From Thermostichus sp. DRC_bins_24 (lineage in GTDB: Bacteria; Cyanobacteriota; Cyanobacteriia; Thermostichales; Thermostichaceae): a DNA stretch of 20,882 nucleotides. Below, piece by piece: positions 18,515 to 20,882 of the stretch. Both the position numbers and the translations under genes were made by a program. Positions within the stretch are counted from its first letter, which is position 1. Every line of letters starts with the position of its first letter. The stretch covers positions 1 through 20,882 of the forward strand of contig JAUQVK010000108.1 of the NCBI GenBank assembly GCA_039794845.1, written 5' to 3'. The notes beneath the pieces were generated by a model. That model searched no databases. It was not told the DNA's origin and saw only the letters and a list, made by a program, of their open reading frames with translations.

Positions 18515-18645
18515 TACAGTCACTCCAAACAAGAGCAATACACTTTCTGACTCCCCCTCCCAGAGTGGGAGAGGGGTTACGGCCGGTGCCACGCTGCGCG
18601 AAGGGCGTGAGGGCAAATGTTGCAAACTCAATTCAAAGGACTATA
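18515..18645. repeat. MITE-like / dispersed palindromic intergenic element
   Basis: Ends TACAGTC...GACTATA form an imperfect terminal inverted repeat. Internal CTCCCCCTCCCA-GAG-TGGGAGAGGGG...GTGAGGG palindrome. The first 17 nt recur exactly at 20429-20445. Confidence 0.55.
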
Positions 18646-18676
18646 AAAACAAAAAAGGTAGGCACTGAGCCTACCT
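18645..18676 (-). terminator. Rho-independent terminator for hspA
   Basis: AGGTAGGC-ACTGA-GCCTACCT (18656-18676) preceded by an A-run on +, which is a U-tract on the minus-strand transcript. Confidence 0.8.
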
Positions 18677-18783
18677 GAATGGATCCCTATCGAACTCACA
18701 ACATCTTCAACCTTGAGCTGGAGTGAGGCCCACTGGATCTGGGTACAAATTCACAGGATCCCAACCTTAACCTCATCTCCAAC

Positions 18784-19227
18784 TTAAGAAGCAACATTCA
18801 CTTTAACCACTTGGGCTCTTTCAGATTCCGCCTTCGGCAGATGGAGGGTCAGAATCCCGTCTTTGTACTCGGCCTTCACCTGATCGTGCTGGATCCGGTT
18901 CGGCAGCGGGATCACCCTTTGGAAACGACCATAGCGGAACTCACTGCGAGTTACCCCCTTATCTTCAGAGCGTTTTTCAAATCGCCGTTCCCCGCTGATG
19001 GAGACCGCCTCGGCTGTAGCTTGAATGTCAAGATCGTCGGCATTCAAACCGGGCAACTCCAGCTTCAGGGTAATGGCTTCTGGGTCATCGTGCATTTCCA
19101 CCGCTGGCAGAAAGGCAAACCCGCCATCCCCATTGGTGCTGCGAGGAGCCAGACGATCAAACATCCGGTTCATTTCTCGTTGGATTTCATCAATTTCACG
19201 GAATGGATCCCAGCGAACGATATTCAT
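18784..19227 (-). CDS. hspA: Small heat shock protein (Hsp20/alpha-crystallin)
   Basis: RWDPFREI..IQREMNRMFD, ELPG, ISGER, RSEFRYGRFQRVIPLP, AEYKDGILTLHLPK. AGGAGG RBS. Confidence 0.95.
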   Translation of the reverse strand: MNIVRWDPFREIDEIQREMNRMFDRLAPRSTNGDGGFAFLPAVEMHDDPEAITLKLELPGLNADDLDIQATAEAVSISGERRFEKRSEDKGVTRSEFRYGRFQRVIPLPNRIQHDQVKAEYKDGILTLHLPKAESERAQVVKVNVAS

Positions 19228-19401
19228 AGATCGTCCTCCTGATCTGTCTGCATTCTTTGGTTTACTCTGGTTGACTCTCGCTTCAACCCTAGAGGCCTAA
19301 GTAAAACCTCTATGCTTCTAGTGTAGACAGCCCCATCCAAAAGAATGTAGGGTTTTCTGGAATCTCTTTTGGGAGTTTACCCTCCCAGCAGCAGAAACTG
19401 T

Positions 19402-19695
19402 CTAAGTCTTTGTACGTTTGGGATGACGATTGGGCCTTGTTTGTAACCACATACTGAGGCCTGTAACCACCATAATTAGTAATCCCAAACCGTTTAAGAA
19501 CGGATAAACCGCCTGTAGATCCAGTGGCCCCCATTGACCTTTGTGAATCTGGATCAGCCAATAGTAGTCAAAGTTTTGGTTAAGGCGAGCAATTTGATAC
19601 AGGGATCCCGTCAGCACAGTCACCACCAGCGGCAAAAACAGGATAGGGGCAAGAATGCGGTGGATCTTACGGATTGTCATTTTGTTCAGTGCCAT
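19402..19695 (-). CDS. Small membrane protein, PepSY-associated TM helix type
   Basis: RKIHR.LAP..LPL..TVLTG, a second His in QIHKG, and a final TM helix ending TGLSMW. Confidence 0.75.
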   Translation of the reverse strand: MALNKMTIRKIHRILAPILFLPLVVTVLTGSLYQIARLNQNFDYYWLIQIHKGQWGPLDLQAVYPFLNGLGLLIMVVTGLSMWLQTRPNRHPKRTKT

Positions 19696-19768
19696 CGGGC
19701 TTCCTCCAGGGCTGCCTGTTGCTTACTCTGCAATGGTATCCAGTCGGGCCGGCAGTTCCCAACCCTCC

Positions 19769-20284
19769 TCAGGCAGGGCTTCCATGGAGAGACCTGCTCA
19801 TCAACACCTGATATTCTTTGGGATCGAAAAAGGGATCCCCGGCCACATAAGCCCGTCCAGGGGAAAGATCCGGCAGCGGATCCGCCTCGGCTTGACCATC
19901 GAAGGTCAGTTCCAGCAACACGCCGTTTGGATCGTATACAAACAATTGCCAAAGGCTGGTTCCCGGCACGATAAACTCACGGCAGGAAAGGCCTAGCCGG
20001 GTGATCCGACGCTTAAACTCGTGAAACCCCACCGCCTGAAGGGAGATGTGATCAACGGCCCCTGTTTCTTGGGGAGCCACCCCTGTGCGGCCTAGGGCTG
20101 GCCCACCAGCGTAGATGTGAAAAATCGCCGCATTCTCCGGGGTAGGACAAGCCAACCATGCCCCCGGAAAGCCGAAGTTAGGCCGGGGAACCTGCCGCAT
20201 CCCCATCACCTGGGTGTAGAAGCGGACTGTAATCTCCAGATCATTGGTTTTGATGGCAACGTGAAATAGGCCGGTGAGCACCAT
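19769..20284 (-). CDS. VOC/glyoxalase superfamily protein
   Basis: HVAI..DL....RFY..VMG, RPNFGFPGAWL, HI, DHISL, QLFVYDPNGVLLEL, giving His/His/His/Glu metal ligands. Confidence 0.9.
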   Translation of the reverse strand: MVLTGLFHVAIKTNDLEITVRFYTQVMGMRQVPRPNFGFPGAWLACPTPENAAIFHIYAGGPALGRTGVAPQETGAVDHISLQAVGFHEFKRRITRLGLSCREFIVPGTSLWQLFVYDPNGVLLELTFDGQAEADPLPDLSPGRAYVAGDPFFDPKEYQVLMSRSLHGSPA

Positions 20285-20339
20285 AAGTCCCTTCAGAGGA
20301 GCAAAACTCAGTAGATGGTGAAATGAAATTCAGTATCGG

Positions 20340-20425
20340 TCAAGGCTACAGCCTTTGCGCGGAGTTTCCACAACAGGACTTGCGCTTTCTGTTCCCGCTA
20401 CATGGGAAAGTCTCGGCTTCTACGG
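20340..20425 (-). ncRNA. Candidate structured cis-regulatory RNA in the VOC gene leader
   Basis: Minus-strand GCGGG/UCCGC outer stem and CGCAA/UUGUG inner stem, with purine-rich junctions AACAGAAAG and GAAAC. Mutually exclusive alternative stems are present. No family assignment is verified. Confidence 0.3.
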
Positions 20426-20428
20426 TTC

Positions 20429-20445
20429 TACAGTCACTCCAAACA
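20429..20445. repeat. Second copy of the 17-nt TACAGTCACTCCAAACA
   Basis: Exact match to 18515-18531. Confidence 0.75.
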
Positions 20446-20560
20446 TAGCCTCTGAGGAGGATGGGGTCAAGTAAGTTTTTGAGTCTTTTGCAGTTGGCTT
20501 CTCGACTTCTGAAACTTAGACAAACGATCGCAGGTTGACTCTGAAAATGTGCATGATAGT

Positions 20561-20815
20561 ATGCCTCAGAATCAACGATTCGTTCCTATTTTTGTTGTAT
20601 TTTCTATCCCTTTAATCTTTCCTACTTTATCTCCAATAAAAACCGAACTCCCTTCTCAAATTGCACCTAGCAACTTTACAATTGGCGAACCCTTACACTG
20701 TAATGTTGGTAATGTTGCAACATACTTCGCCTCATCCTATGGCTCTCGATTCTGCCAACAACGAAACAGAATCCGTATTCACTTGAACGCGAACGACCGC
20801 ATTGCCGCTGGATGA
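20561..20815 (+). CDS. Hypothetical AT-rich small ORF, possibly exported or a gene remnant
   Basis: MPQNQRFVPIFVVFSIPLIFP gives a hydrophobic N-terminus. No recognisable motif. AT-rich. Confidence 0.3.
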   Translation: MPQNQRFVPIFVVFSIPLIFPTLSPIKTELPSQIAPSNFTIGEPLHCNVGNVATYFASSYGSRFCQQRNRIRIHLNANDRIAAG

Positions 20816-20882
20816 GAATTGCCCTTGACTCCTTTGCATTCGACAATACGCTTGTGCCCAAGCACAATGATGCCGACCCCGA

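Larger units (their letters stand above)
1430..19839. repeat. Highly iterated palindrome GGGATCCC, dispersed
   Basis: About 27 exact copies by hand count (e.g. 1430, 1716, 2605, 2716, 2853, 5167, 10463, 11743, 19602, 19832) plus many one-mismatch variants. Fewer than one copy is expected by chance. Confidence 0.9.

Noticed and set aside
19345..19390. K-box/CIRCE heat-shock operator upstream of hspA
   Set aside because: No CIRCE consensus. GTAGGGTTTTCTGGAA and the TGGGAG/CTCCCA stem are too weak a match to call.
1..20882. CRISPR array, tRNA/rRNA, transposase or integrase
   Set aside because: No regularly spaced repeats, cloverleaf or rRNA-like sequence, or recombinase motifs were seen. The GGGATCCC copies are dispersed and mostly inside genes.

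Overview
Cyanobacterial chromosomal DNA, most likely from a hot-spring Thermostichus / Synechococcus OS-A/OS-B'-type lineage. This is inferred from about 27 hand-counted copies of GGGATCCC and no canonical HIP1 GCGATCGC seen. Gene order: 3' end of psbD; psbC (CP43), which does not overlap psbD and is separated by a structured 157-nt spacer; cobW; an NAD-dependent epimerase; a peptide ABC permease; a membrane-anchored coiled-coil protein; nagZ; a low-GC islet carrying a Sel1-repeat gene and a Cys-rich lipoprotein broken by one in-frame TAA; plsX-fabH-fabD; hmpF; trpC; a DUF5340-type gene; a copper chaperone and Cu(I) P1B-ATPase behind a MerR-type promoter; a small MITE-like repeat; hspA; a PepSY-TM-type protein; and a VOC/glyoxalase gene with a riboswitch-like leader. 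Most of the window is housekeeping. The best leads are the Sel1/lipoprotein islet, the VOC leader RNA, the psbD-psbC spacer RNA, and a shifted chlorophyll ligand in CP43.
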